Part shown: positions 13,862 to 25,936 of the stretch, piece after piece | Numbering within the stretch: the first letter of the stretch is position 1 | How the letters are laid out: each line of letters opens with the position of its first letter | Source of the DNA: Owenia fusiformis | Taxonomy: Eukaryota | Reading direction: 5' to 3' | DNA length: 64,000 nt | NCBI GenBank assembly: GCA_903813345.2 | Contig: CAIIXF020000001.1 | Span: 41,168,001 to 41,232,000 of the forward strand | Program-made: the position numbers and the translations under genes | The notes under the pieces: generated by a model | Database searches by the model: none | What the model saw: the letters and a program-made list of their open reading frames with translations, nothing else | Told to the model about the DNA's origin: nothing

Positions 13862-14721
13862 TTAATCAATATTTTGTGGGAATTTTGATTAAGGCAGGTC
13901 TGGTCCAATACGAAGTTATTGAAAATGGAGTAGACGTCAAACTACCCGAAATATCGTTTTTATAACTTTTTATGACATTTACATAACATAAAAAATCTTA
14001 ATACTGATGAAAACACCTGTTCTTCCAAATTCATGCGTCTCCGTATTGTTTTATTTTCAGAAAATATTTTTAAAAAATTCTTGGAATGTGCCCGGGAGAA
14101 AATCAACTGCATTGAATAATAAAAACGTTTTGTAATGAGTTGTGTGGAATGACCGTTCCTTGTTATCGTATCCTACCGACCACAATCTAAAGGGGTCGTA
14201 GGATTCGATAACGTTCATTGAAGGTGTTGCTTTTCAAAATTTCCACGAGACTATGAGCATCGAGTGTTATTTTAGAAAACAACGCTTGAAAGGAATGATC
14301 ATTTCACAATGCATTGAGTCTTGGGCCTAAATTGTTTTCACACATTGCAAAATACTTTCTACAAAATCACCTTAAAGAAAGGAACAAGAGTCAAGTGGCA
14401 AAGTGTCAATTTCAAAGAAGGATTGGGTCCCAGAATGCAACATCGACATTAGTTCAAATCTTTTAGATCGCTTATAATGAATTTATAGTCAGAAAATAAC
14501 GACATTTTCAATCCTTTCATAGATCAAGGTCAAGGTCGAATATCAAGTTGGGGCCCTGGGAGCCAATCCTTCTTGACGGAATGCAGTACGTTCATGTATG
14601 AGCATGTCGAAAAACAGAATCAAGTAAAAACCAAACCTCGCACAGATTGCCCCAACTTTAATGATAAACTGAGGATAAACTTGATTTCTTCGTTTCAGCA
14701 TTGTCGGACTTCCGGGATCAC

Positions 14722-14850
14722 CTCATTATACCGACGCGTATTATACCGAAGCCCATTATACCGACGTGCATTATACCGAAACCCATTATACCGACGCGCA
14801 TTGTGCCGAAAAGGCCTACCGATGCGCGTTGTCCCGAAATCCGTGTCAGT
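14722..14850 (+). repeat. Dispersed minisatellite (15-bp subunit, 30-bp dimer CATTATACCGACGCGCATTATACCGAAACC)
   Basis: Five to six subunits; the same family occurs reverse-complemented at ~27155-27262. Confidence 0.85.
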
Positions 14851-15190
14851 GGGACGCCACATTGCCTTAACCTATCAGTTTTATGACGTGCACTTCCGCG
14901 TGGGACTATATCTTTACAGCGGGAATTTCAAGTTTTTTTCAGTGTAGACATAAAAAGTTGCAGTCCTCATACTCGCGCGTTTTTCAATATTTTCATTTGA
15001 AACTCGCAAGAACGGTGCTTTGAATCTAGCTCTATACACTTTCAAAACGTCATGTAGACACATGATTATGTACATGTATGACAGTGCACAGAAACATTAT
15101 ATAGGCATAGAATAATAAAAGTGGAGCCTGAAAACTTTTTAATATGAGACTGGATGTTAATCTGTTGTTTATATATTCATATTCAATAGT

Positions 15191-16280
15191 ATAGTTTCCA
15201 TATAGCTTCTGAAATCTCGCTAAACCTTGTTTTTCGTGAGATTTTAAGAGATTTGCACATTAAACCTCTAAAGACTTCCATTAACTTCTTTTAAATGGCA
15301 TATTTGAATTCGGGGAAATGTTTTCTCCTATAATAGCTTTGATTTACACAGTTATGTAATTTCAATAATTTTCTATGACAATCAAAAGAAACTTGGGCCA
15401 AATCTCTATAAATGCAATGCTAAAATTCTTTAAAACCTTGGATTATTTGTATGTCAATCAACATTTGCATATTTGATCACAACATGTACATAAATAGGGT
15501 CATCATGTGGTATATCATTCAAGTTGTATACAGATTTTTTTTATTTTTTATTTCATTGATATAGTTTAAAATACAATTACAATAGCATCCCTAAATCGCC
15601 AGAGGGCATTATATAGGAATGGTGAGAGGCTGGGGGTGGCAGGCAGACAGGGTCCAGGACCGGAGCAGGTGTGACAGGACAACAGGATATCAGAAAGAGA
15701 GACATGAGGGAGGGAATTAGCTATTGTCTATAATGAAGTCAAGTATCAGTGAAATGGCTTTAGAGTTTACATCTATGCTTAAGTTTGGGCTTCCTGTTTT
15801 CAAAATGGAGATAAAATCGTACTGGGGAAGATTATTATTGAGAGAAGGTTCTAATTCAGCAAGTTTATCCCAGAGATCCTGTCTTACTAAGGTTAAGCGA
15901 TTGCACTGGAAAAGAATATGCTTTAAGGTTTGAGAGCTGCCACAAGCACAATTAGGGCTGTCAACAGAGTTAAAATTATGGGCATAAAATTGAGCTTTAA
16001 AAAATAAGTCAGCTCTTACTTTATTCACCACACTATCTCATGCCGTCTAGAAAGATTGAGTTGACTTGTGGTCAAAATTTTAGAGGGGTTTTGGAGGAAA
16101 AGCCGTTGGTGTTTTTTGAAATTATGAAGAGTTTTCTTGGTTTTAATAGATAAATCATGACATTAAGCCACTTTTCCAAGATTTTAGCATGTAAGTTAAT
16201 GGAACTCTAGCCCAAATCAAAATCTGAATAAAAGATGGCAGCACTAGATTTCATTGCTTTTTCTGCTATTTAGAAACTAT
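15191..16280. mobile_element. MITE hosting a LINE 3' fragment
   Basis: TIR ATAGTTTCCATATAGC / GCTATTTAGAAACTAT; a related left end occurs at ~20805. Confidence 0.6.
15535..16050 (-). mobile_element. 5'-truncated non-LTR retrotransposon (ORF2 C-terminus, 3' UTR and A-rich tail)
   Basis: ORF 15717-16031 carries a CCHC knuckle (CACGSSQTLKHILFQC) and ends LDFIIDNS*; AATAAA plus A-tail at ~15535-15555 on the minus strand; possible AGATT TSD. Confidence 0.8.
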
Positions 16281-17040
16281 CCTATTAAAAGTTTATCGCG
16301 CAAAAACATATTTTCAGACAAAGCTTAATTTAAAATCTTTGAACATCTTTACATCTCAGTTGCGGCCAGAAATTTTTTAACTGATGCTAGGCGTTTCGGA
16401 TTGAGGGGTCGTCTCAACAAACTTAATTCCAGTTAACCATCAATTTCTGTATTTCATAGAGGATGAAGTCATAATTCTGTTATTTATGTTTGATTATGGT
16501 AAACCCTGTACTTCATATAATATATTTAACTGTGGTAAATTCTGTATTCAATGAAGTAAACATTTATTTATACTGTATTGTTTCATTGGTAGAAATAAAT
16601 ACTTGTGCTATTAAATATAAAGTTTCACATTTCTTATTGAACTTGATAATTACTGTATTTTCGATCTTGTGCTGATGGGGCCAAAAATTGTTGTCATGGA
16701 CAGAGAGCAATGCAAGATATGTTGTCATGGAGATAGTAAGAAACGCATCCATTTGTTTTACTTTAAATCTTTCCAAATCCAAGTGTGATTTTTATCAATG
16801 TGTGCCTCAATGATCCCATTAATTCTGAAGTTATTTCATTTTCTAACCATTTCACAAACATTTCTTTTCATATAATACTTCTAAATTGGCATCATTTCCA
16901 TGTTTAAATTGCTTATATAGCTTTTGGCTACTGATATTATCTCTATCATCAGTTTTCATTCCACAAACGAAATATCAATTATTTTGCCCAATATTTCAGT
17001 TTCATTATTTTGAAACATTGAATACATGTTTTAATTGACC

Positions 17041-18868
17041 CCTGTTACACAGGCCAGTTGAAATGCTTCGTTATGAAGCAATTTGACAAAAAGCAATTTT
17101 TGGCCAGTGTAACACCTTCGCCTTCGTTAGAAAAGCTTAGTTGATAACGAAGCAATTGAGTAGAAAATTCAACGAAGGTTAGGTCCCAACGAAGCTTTTT
17201 TGGCCAGTGTAACAGGTAGCTTCGTTAGAAAATGCTTAGTTGGCGGTTTGCGCATGCGCGTAATAAAGAGCACATTCATCATTTTGTATTAAATGAGAGG
17301 AATTGCGAGGAAAAAACATGTTTTTAAGTACGTATATTATAATGCTACGTTTTGATTAAAATAATTACCTATTTGCGTCACTGATTGACGCTAACTCAAG
17401 CCCTGTAAACGCCACGTACAAATGTGATTTACCGTCTTTCGTAGCATTTCATTCGATTCCCTACCTCACCTCGCATTGATATGACAAAAAGTATTAAATC
17501 TAAAAAACGCAGGTTTACCGTATATGTATACGGTAGTTTTGAAACGTTTATCTGATCTATTAGAGAATAAACCTAGAATATTTAAATGTCCCTCTTTCGG
17601 AAAACTCCGTCTCAAGTGTGGAAGGGTAAACCTTTGAAATTACATAAGATATGCTTACTAAATAGAAAGTTGTGGCATACATGTTTAATATTAATTTTTT
17701 CTTGCGCCTCGAATAATTATACCTTGAGTGTAAATCTAAAGGTGCTTATACCATGATACTGATCACATCAGGGAATTTAGCCGATTTGATTGATTCGAAA
17801 ATGTCTCTCTTAAGAAATCGTATTCAACTGGCTATCGCCCCATTGCAATACTTGTACTAGTCGTTCCATTATTTTATTCTTCGACGATTTTAAATTGTAA
17901 TTGAATTTAAACTTCATGTTTAAATATATTGAATAAATTATGTTTCAAAACTTCTTATTCAAATACGGTAAAACCTACCCTTTGCATTCGTTTGACTTTA
18001 CTTCTTAAAAGAGAGCTTCGTCTTTAACTAGTTTAACTAGACCCTGCACGCAGGGTAGGTAAAACCAGCTGCGGACAAGGAACGGTGGCCAAAATTGTTT
18101 CTTGTCGACAGATATTTGCCACAGAGAGGCTGCATGTTTTAGGCCAGCCTCAAACACTATTGATGTGTCGTAAGACGATGCTTACAACTTCCTATTTGCG
18201 CCATTTTCGAATTCAACGGACGGCTGATGGATTAACATACTAATTTATGTCAAACTCACTCAAATATACATTGAATATTGGCGAAACGGGTAATATTCAT
18301 ATTAAAATGAATTAGTCATAAAATAGTAGTTAAACCACCAGCCGAACACCGAGATATTTTAGTAATGGCTACACTATTTGAATATAACTGAGAAGTCCAT
18401 TTGGAAATTGAACGTTTTTATACGATATTACATACTAGTCCTCTGTATAAAGCCCAAATCCAATTCCTCCTAGTAATTAACATAGGCCTATTTTTATTCC
18501 ATATGATTTCCAAAGGAAATGATAGAAAATGAAAACAATACTTGTAATCGTATTGACAGCTGAAATATATAAAAATCGAAATGATAGGAAAAATGTATGG
18601 ACATGTGTACGGAATGATCACATTCATCTGGTTTTATATTCCCGAGAACTTTGAACTAGTCTTTTTCTGAATTGTTAAAATAAAGACTAAAAATTATATT
18701 TTTGAGTTTGATCAATGGTTTATATCAAAAGATATTAATCATAATAAGTGGGTGGGGCAGATGAGTAATGTGCACACTAGGGTTGGATAAAGCCAGTGTG
18801 GACACAATTTTTTCGCTAACCTTCGTTACAAAAATGCTTCGTTAGACTCAACCCAGCAGTGTAACAGG
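17041..18868. mobile_element. Non-autonomous TIR element with subterminal repeats
   Basis: CCTGTTACAC / GTGTAACAGG termini; repeated TTTTTGGCCAGTGTAACA and CTTCGTTAGAAAA motifs near the ends. Confidence 0.6.
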
Positions 18869-19475
18869 TACCATTGGCAGTTTAAAATGCAGCTGATTAA
18901 CTCAGTCCAATATTCAGCGCCCCTTTAATATCTATTTAGGGGCAAATCAATACTAGACTTAGCAGGTCATCTGATTCTCAATTTGATTTTGATTTGAATT
19001 GATTTTCATGGACGTTTTTCGCATTGTATCCGGCATGTCCGATCATGGTCGTTAATACTCCCTGGGAAAATATTTTTAACTGGTAACTATAATTATAAAA
19101 AATATAGAATAATAACATAAATTGAACAAAAGTTTGGCTTGAAATAAGACGATTTTCAAAAATTCATCAAATTTATCATCAATTTTCGACCTATTGTAAT
19201 TGAGGAAAAAAATTGAGAAAATTTGGAGGTATTGGAAATAAAGTCAAGTTACGTTTCCATCAATATCATAAGTTATTTCATCGCCGGTTAAAATTCAAAC
19301 GTAAAGTGGCTTTAACACGTAGTTCAATGGAGAAAAAAGGTTGCCAAACTTATGGAGGGGAGTATATATGCCTCGTTCATTCATTTGACCAGACCAATAA
19401 AAATCATAACTGCTTGGAAAGTAATATGAATAAAGTATGTAAATAAATGAATTAAAACGTCAAATTAAGAAGCAA

Positions 19476-19847
19476 AAGTCTTTTCTGGGTCACTGCGAAT
19501 GGCATGATTTCCTCGAGTCTCTTCAGTTGCAAGGCAACCATACTGGGACCGATTCGCGTCGTTCCACTACTGCCCTTGGTGGGGGCCCGCTACCATACTA
19601 TATGACTCCCGGAGTTTACTAAAGCACGTTAGTGGAGGAACCAACCACAGTCTCACAATCTGTCTCCGGCAAGAGCGGCCAGAGAACCAACCCATGCCAA
19701 GGGCCGGTAAACGGTTGGACCTTCGGACCGGGTGTCCGTAGTGACAATGATCAACAACTCCGTACCTGGGGCTCGAACGCGGGACCTCCGTATCCCACGA
19801 CGTTCAACCGTAAAGTAGCCTCAGTCTACACCACTAGGCTACCCTGC
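19476..19847 (-). mobile_element. tRNA-derived SINE
   Basis: GC-rich island; minus strand begins GCAGGGTAGCCTAGTGGT (A box) with B box GTTCGAGCC at 19770-19778; no closed cloverleaf; 3' boundary approximate. Confidence 0.65.
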
Positions 19848-20243
19848 TTAGGTGTCAGAACTGCTAAAAAATAATGTAGTTGTTACAATTATTTGCTTGG
19901 ATAAACATGATATTACATTTCTTAATTGATTAATCTGATTTAGTTGGAATCGAAGTTCGACCAACGATCAAGGCAATGCAATCAACAACTCTTGCAAATG
20001 TGAACGGGAGTCGTAAAGACAGAAAGTACAAGAATCGTGATCAATGTAAAGTAATATTTAAGACACATCTTTGAATATCGGGTAGGAGAAACATTCCAAA
20101 ATGAAGAGGAATCATTTAGAACATTTGATTTGTTGCCAATTTATCAATTGCGTCTCAAATGAATGAAATAAAAGGTATCGCGGGCCACGAAAGCCGATGA
20201 GTGAAAACAATTATAATTGACGCATCTAGATCGCTCAATATAA

Positions 20244-20430
20244 CTTGCCCGTAGCCAGCTTTTACCAGGGGGGGGGGGGAGCTTTTCTCCAGGGGGGGAG
20301 CTTTTTCACAATTTTGGCTAAAAATCATGCGAAAAATTCTCAGAATGGTGAAAAACTGTATGATTTTGAAAGAATTTCTGGCCAGGGGGGAGCTTCCGCT
20401 CCCCCAGCTCCCCCTCTGGCTACGGGCCTG
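20244..20430. mobile_element. Short GC-rich MITE, 5-bp TSD (hAT5-like)
   Basis: GCCCGTAGCCAG...CTGGCTACGGGCCTG; TATAA on both flanks. Confidence 0.8.
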
Positions 20431-21609
20431 TATAACGGTAAGTGAATAGGTTTGTGTAGATACGTCGAGGAAAATAAGCTATTTCGACGCTTGAAATAAT
20501 CTGATTACGCTTATTAATAATTACGCGTGGCTATTAAACACAAGTGTTGTGTAGAACAAAAACAAGAAAACTGAACGACCTATTAAGGAACTGTACTTCA
20601 GTTTCAAAGTGTTCAAGATATTTCCGCATGTTCAAAAACACAAAATTTATATTTTAGGCTATCCATATTTTGTCAGATATCTTTATTTCATATTACAGGG
20701 AAAACATAATCATGTTTCCGAAAAGAATTTACAGTCGCTACTCAAAATGAGGCACGGACACAAGTACAGAGAATAGCCTAGTGAAGGCATCTATCTAACA
20801 GTGGCTTTTCCATATAGCTTTGAAATCTCGTTAAGGTCTCATTTTAATGAGATTTTAGGAGATCTGCATTTTTAACCACTAAAGACTAACATTTTCTTCT
20901 ATTTGAATTCTGTGTGTAATTTTCTATCAAAACAACTTAGTTTTTGCACTGTTATTTACCTTTATTCAAATTCTAGAGATTTTCAAGTTTTCTAAAAATG
21001 GTCGGGCTAAATCCCCATTGACAAAGTAACATACATTGGTAATATAACGGGCTTGTCGTCAATGTAACAAAAGCAAGGGGCTTAGTATATGAATTACAGC
21101 TTCATTTACAAAACAAATTCCAAATCGAAGAAACTTATTAAAACTAGGCTATATTTTCTAGCTTTGGGCCAAATTATAATCTGCAACTTGACTTATAAGT
21201 ATAGCTTTAAACCGAGAAAAATTCGTAACCAGGAAGTTCATCCATTTTGTTTCATTGACGTTCCGTCAAAGTAACTAGTTGTGGAACAGTGATTATGGCA
21301 TTCAGTATAAGGGTTTACGGAAAAGACCGACCCCACCGACCGGTCGGTGTTTTCCATAGGTAGCCTCAAAACAGGGTTTGAAAAATATGTAAAAGACCGA
21401 CCACTATGTAAAAGACCGACCAAAAGAAAAAAAGCCTGCCTTGACACTGACCAATTTTACAGGAAAACAATATTCCTGTTTCTGTCCGTACGTAGGCCTA
21501 TGTCTGTTCGCCGTATCCGGGCATTAACTCCAATACCGTTGTCCCAATATTGGCTACAGTAACAAGGCCCCCAGAAGAGAATAATTCTAAATTCTTAATC
21601 ACATTCCCG

Positions 21610-21930
21610 GTCCGGGCAAGTCCATGAAGTTCGTAAAGTTGTAGCTACGTTCATCCAGTTCGGACACAGTTTAAAACCAGTTCGGCAACGTTTTAAAGAA
21701 CGCAGTGACAACTTGTTTGGTGTGATAGCTTTATTTGTCAATTAAGCTGCAAACGGAACAGGTTGGTGTACTCACGACCTGAATTTACGCCTGACTGCAC
21801 AACGTTGTAATACGTTTCTAGTAGGATTGAAGTTCGCCGTGTGTCCAGATCGTTCTGCGTTCTTTAAAAACGTGGTCACTCGTTCTGATTACTAAGTTCT
21901 GGATGACCTACTCGTTCGGGTAGTTTGATA
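21610..21930 (-). mobile_element. Diverged internal fragment of the Harbinger-type MITE family
   Basis: Similar to 46725-46845 and onward (CACAGTTTAAAACCAGT, GAACGCAGTG.CAACTTGTTTGGTGTGATAGC). Confidence 0.7.
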
Positions 21931-23817
21931 ATGGAGAGGTTAAGCAATGCATATAAACGTATGTACGCAACTTGTACGTATAAATCGTCCTATACAAATG
22001 CATGTAGTTTTCTCACATAAACAATCGTTCAGTTACAGTGTTTACTTAGTAGACCGGGTGCTTCTCTGCAAAAGGTCTCTCTGTAAAATGTGGTAGGCGT
22101 TTAGTGTTAAAAGTGTTCTGACAAGTGTTTCTTATGTAACTTTTTATGCTGAATCCAAAAAACCATGTTGGCAAGCTGAAATATGATTATTTAACCCTTA
22201 AAATACCATGTTAGTCCCCCTACCCCCAAAATTCACCCCTATCAGGGGGAAAAAATTCTTCAACCTAAAATAACTTTGATTTTATGGTTTTTGTCAGTGA
22301 AATACATGGACATTGTATAAAATAAACATTTGAAATATGAATGATACGGATTACCCTTAAGAAATTTGAATAAAAGCAAAAAGTATGTACCCCAGGGGGC
22401 AAATTTATGACCCATTTTTTACTTTTCGTGTCATAACTTTTTTATTAGACAATGATGGATGCTAAAAAAATCCATGTAAAAGGCTTAATACCTGGTCTAC
22501 TAATCCTGCAAGAATCAAAGTAATTCCTTTGATAATTGCCTTGAAAAAAAATTAGTGAATTTAAGAAAAAATGACATTTTAGCTGGGACTGATTTTATGT
22601 GTGACTATAACTGACCCCTATTGCTTTAACATTTATCCCTCTGTGTTCATATATTTAGCATTTTAGAATAAATCTGAAATATAAAACTTATTTTAGCAAA
22701 GTTTTAGGAAGATTTAAGCTTTTTATCATGTTCAACTATTAAAAATTCATGAAATATGATGTCTAAAATTGATAAGTTATACGTATACCCTTGGAAGACC
22801 CTTATAATTTCTTATTCATGAACATATTTGTACCAATATCAGTTTTCTAGCCTAGAGAAATGATGTATGATATATCCTGGCTTGGCTTTCTGGTGGTTTG
22901 AACAATCTTTTAAGTGTTATCATTGAAAATTCATTCTTAAATCATAGGTCTGCAATCGATTAAATTCATGTATACCATTAGTATCATTCTACTGGTATGA
23001 GCATAATTGAACTAGCTATGATTTCATAGATTAGTTGTTTGATGTATGACATATTCCAAGCTGACTTTCTGGTGATTTTAACCATCTAAGAGGCTTAATC
23101 ATTGAAAACCATTACAAATAAAGGCCTAAACGGACATTATTAAGGTAGACTATTAGAACACCCTTATTAATTCCAGGCTTAGAGTATATTGGTACCTACT
23201 ACTGTCTCATAGCTCGGAGGTTTGATATATGACATATTCTGACTAGTTTTTCTGCAGATTTGAACCACCTAACAGGTCTTATCATTGAATATACCTAATA
23301 TACTAGGTCTAAAATTGAAGTATTCAATAGAACCCTCTATGATAAACGTGACGTGAGAGCAAAAGTACCAATGATTCATACAAATCTTCATTTTATGGAG
23401 TTTTCTTCCCTGAACAATGTTTAGTCATATTAAAAAATCCCCCCCCCCTCTGTCCCCATTAACCTTTCTGTGTTACTCTGAGTTAATGCAGAAATTCTTG
23501 ACAAATGGCGTATACTCACTTTGACAACATTTTGAATCAGTGGGATGTTTCAGTTAATGAGAGTTTTTGCAGAGTAGCAATTTTTGAAATTTAAATCCAA
23601 TAGGACCATATATGGGAAATTCAAAAAAGATTCAGAATGACATTAACCACAACATTGGATCTGGAAATCAAATAAAGCAACTGATTGATGTGATCTCAGA
23701 TGACTCTTGTAAATCAGAATTACAATCCTTCATAGAGCTGAACAAGGAAGACAAGGATTACTTTCATTCTGGTAGTAATACATGGACATGGTCCAAATCT
23801 TGATACGCTTCACCATA

Positions 23818-23925
23818 GCCCAAAGAAAGGGAAATTGGGAGCTTCATCTCAATGTATTTCAATGCATGATCCCCTTTTTCATGACATATGACCACCAAAA
23901 GTATGCAAGATGGGGCACAGTATAC
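23818..23925 (+). pseudogene. Academ transposase fragment (left arm)
   Basis: Reads AQRKGNWELHLNVFQCMIPFFMTYDHQKYARWGTVY, matching the RxGxWxLHL...DHxxYARW motif I recall for Academ transposases. Confidence 0.8.
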
Positions 23926-23939
23926 AATCACTGCTGAAG

Positions 23940-25080
23940 TGTTGCTTCCTTGAAGACTGTAGCCAAATCCTCAGATGTAGATGCAATTGATGCTAATTTG
24001 TAAGAAGGATCATATATTGGAAATATTACCGTTGGCATTTCAATACCATTTGTTAAACAGTTAAGGAGTAGAGTACATTTGAGTTGGCTTGAATGTTTCA
24101 TTCGTCAATGAGGGCTATTGGAAAAGACATCAGCTCATGTTTCATGATTTCATTGATGCCCACAGGTCTGTGGTTTGCTTCATATGCAGTGATAAGATTC
24201 TGCAAAACATTCCTGTCTGCCTTAACAACTTTCTGCTCGTTTATATTGGGATTAGGCATATAGTTTAAAAAATGTTGGTGTTTGCTCAGTAGATCAAGAA
24301 ATGTTGTGTCTTTCATTTGACCCTGTTGGTATCAACCTCTAAGACACAAAGACATCCAGTTGTTGTTGGCCAAACTGTCGAGCCTGTTGATTGTTTCTGT
24401 TAGTACATCTTTTGTACATATACTTTGGAGATTAAGTAATGGATCAATTGAAAACATGCCAAACTTCAGCAGCATGTCACATATTTTATCTTCTTCCATA
24501 GATTCTTGTTTTGATTTGCAAATTACCACCCCCCCCCTCTATGGAATCTCAAAACGCAAGTCCAAACATCATTCTTGTTTGGACTCCCCATGTGTGACCT
24601 AAGATTATACCCCGGTGCCCATCTGTTCAATGCAGATATTGTCTTTGTGTTATGCCTACAATTCTGCCACCCTTCTAACCAATAGCATACTGGCATAGGG
24701 GTCAATCAACTCAAGTTGATTAAATTTGTAGAGCCTTTCACCACATAGTCTCAATGCAAGAATCCTCGCTCAACTGCAGCATGTACTATATTCTAATAGT
24801 TAGTGCATTTCCTCTAAGTTTACTGTGCCACACCTTCCATAATTTTGGTGGTCATGAAATAAGGGATCATGCATTGAAATGCATTGAGATGAAGCTCCTA
24901 ATTTCCCTTTCTTTGGGCTTGGAGGAAGTATAGCAAGATTTGGACCAGGTCCATGTATCAACACCAGAATGAAGTTCAGCTGTTCAGCTCTATGTTCAGC
25001 TCTATGAAGGATTTTAATCCTTATTCAGATCTAATGTTGAGGTTAATGTCATTTTAAATCTTTTTTTGAATTTTCATAGA
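23940..25080 (-). pseudogene. Academ transposase relic (right arm, longer, frameshifted)
   Basis: Minus strand: QRKGN*ELHLNAFQCMIPYF, then DYVVKGS, IVGIT, SALNRWA..YNLRSH and KADRNVLQNLITAYEA...IMKHELMSFPIAL. Confidence 0.78.
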
Positions 25081-25399
25081 GGGTTCTATTGAATACTTCA
25101 ATTTTAGACCTATTATATGAAGTATAATCAATGATTAGACCTGTCATTGGTTCAAATCTGCAGAAAAACTAGTCAGGATATATCATATATTAAACCTCCG
25201 AGCTATGAAACAGTAATAAACTCTAAGCCTGGAAATAATAATAGGGTATTCTAATAGTGAACCTTAATACTGTCTGTTTAGACCTTTATTTGCAATGATT
25301 TTCAATGATTAAGCCTCTTAGATGGTTTAAATAAACAGAGAGTCAGCTCGGAATATGTCATACATCAAACTAATCTATGAAATCATAGCTTGTTCAAGT

Positions 25400-25936
25400 T
25401 GATTATTTTTGGCAATCTTGCATATTTTGCTTTAATATTTCAGAATTATTTACTTCATTTAATGTAAATTTTGTTGTGAACATTTAATGATAATCTGCTT
25501 ATAAAGTAAAAAACTACAGCATTTTACAACACATGCCCCATGTGGCCACCACTCCAGCCAACGAAGCTGTTGATGACTCTCCTACACATACCAACATGGA
25601 TTGCAAAGCTTCTGATGAAGCTATCCACTCAAAATTGAAGAACATCTGAGAATTTGTCTGACACTAGTTTTACTTCTCTAGATAGATTTTAGTCACGCCA
25701 TGGACAATTGAACAACTTCCTTCGCCAGATTTGATTGTGCATGTAGAGGAGAAGTGGCCACATTGGACATATGTTGTAAAGTGCTGTAGTTTTTGACTCC
25801 ACAGGCAGATTATCATGAAACTTTCACAACAAAATTTATATTGAATGAACTGAATAATTCTGAAGTTTTGAGGCAGAATATGCAGGATTGACAAAGTTAA
25901 TTAACTTTTCTTCGGTCCTGTTTTTTGGACACCCTG
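25400..25936 (-). mobile_element. Tc1/mariner relic inserted in the right arm of the Academ element
   Basis: End TA|CAGGGTGTCCAAAAAACAGGACCG at a TA of the host; segment absent from the left arm; GGH motif resembling a transposase C-terminus near 25540; other TIR not found. Confidence 0.6.

Noticed and set aside
14573..14947. 124-aa ORF with LYRR repeats (and similar ORFs at 27071-27317)
   Set aside because: Translation of a minisatellite.
19760..19847. tRNA gene
   Set aside because: A and B boxes are present but I could not close an acceptor stem or a normal anticodon arm; treated as a SINE head.
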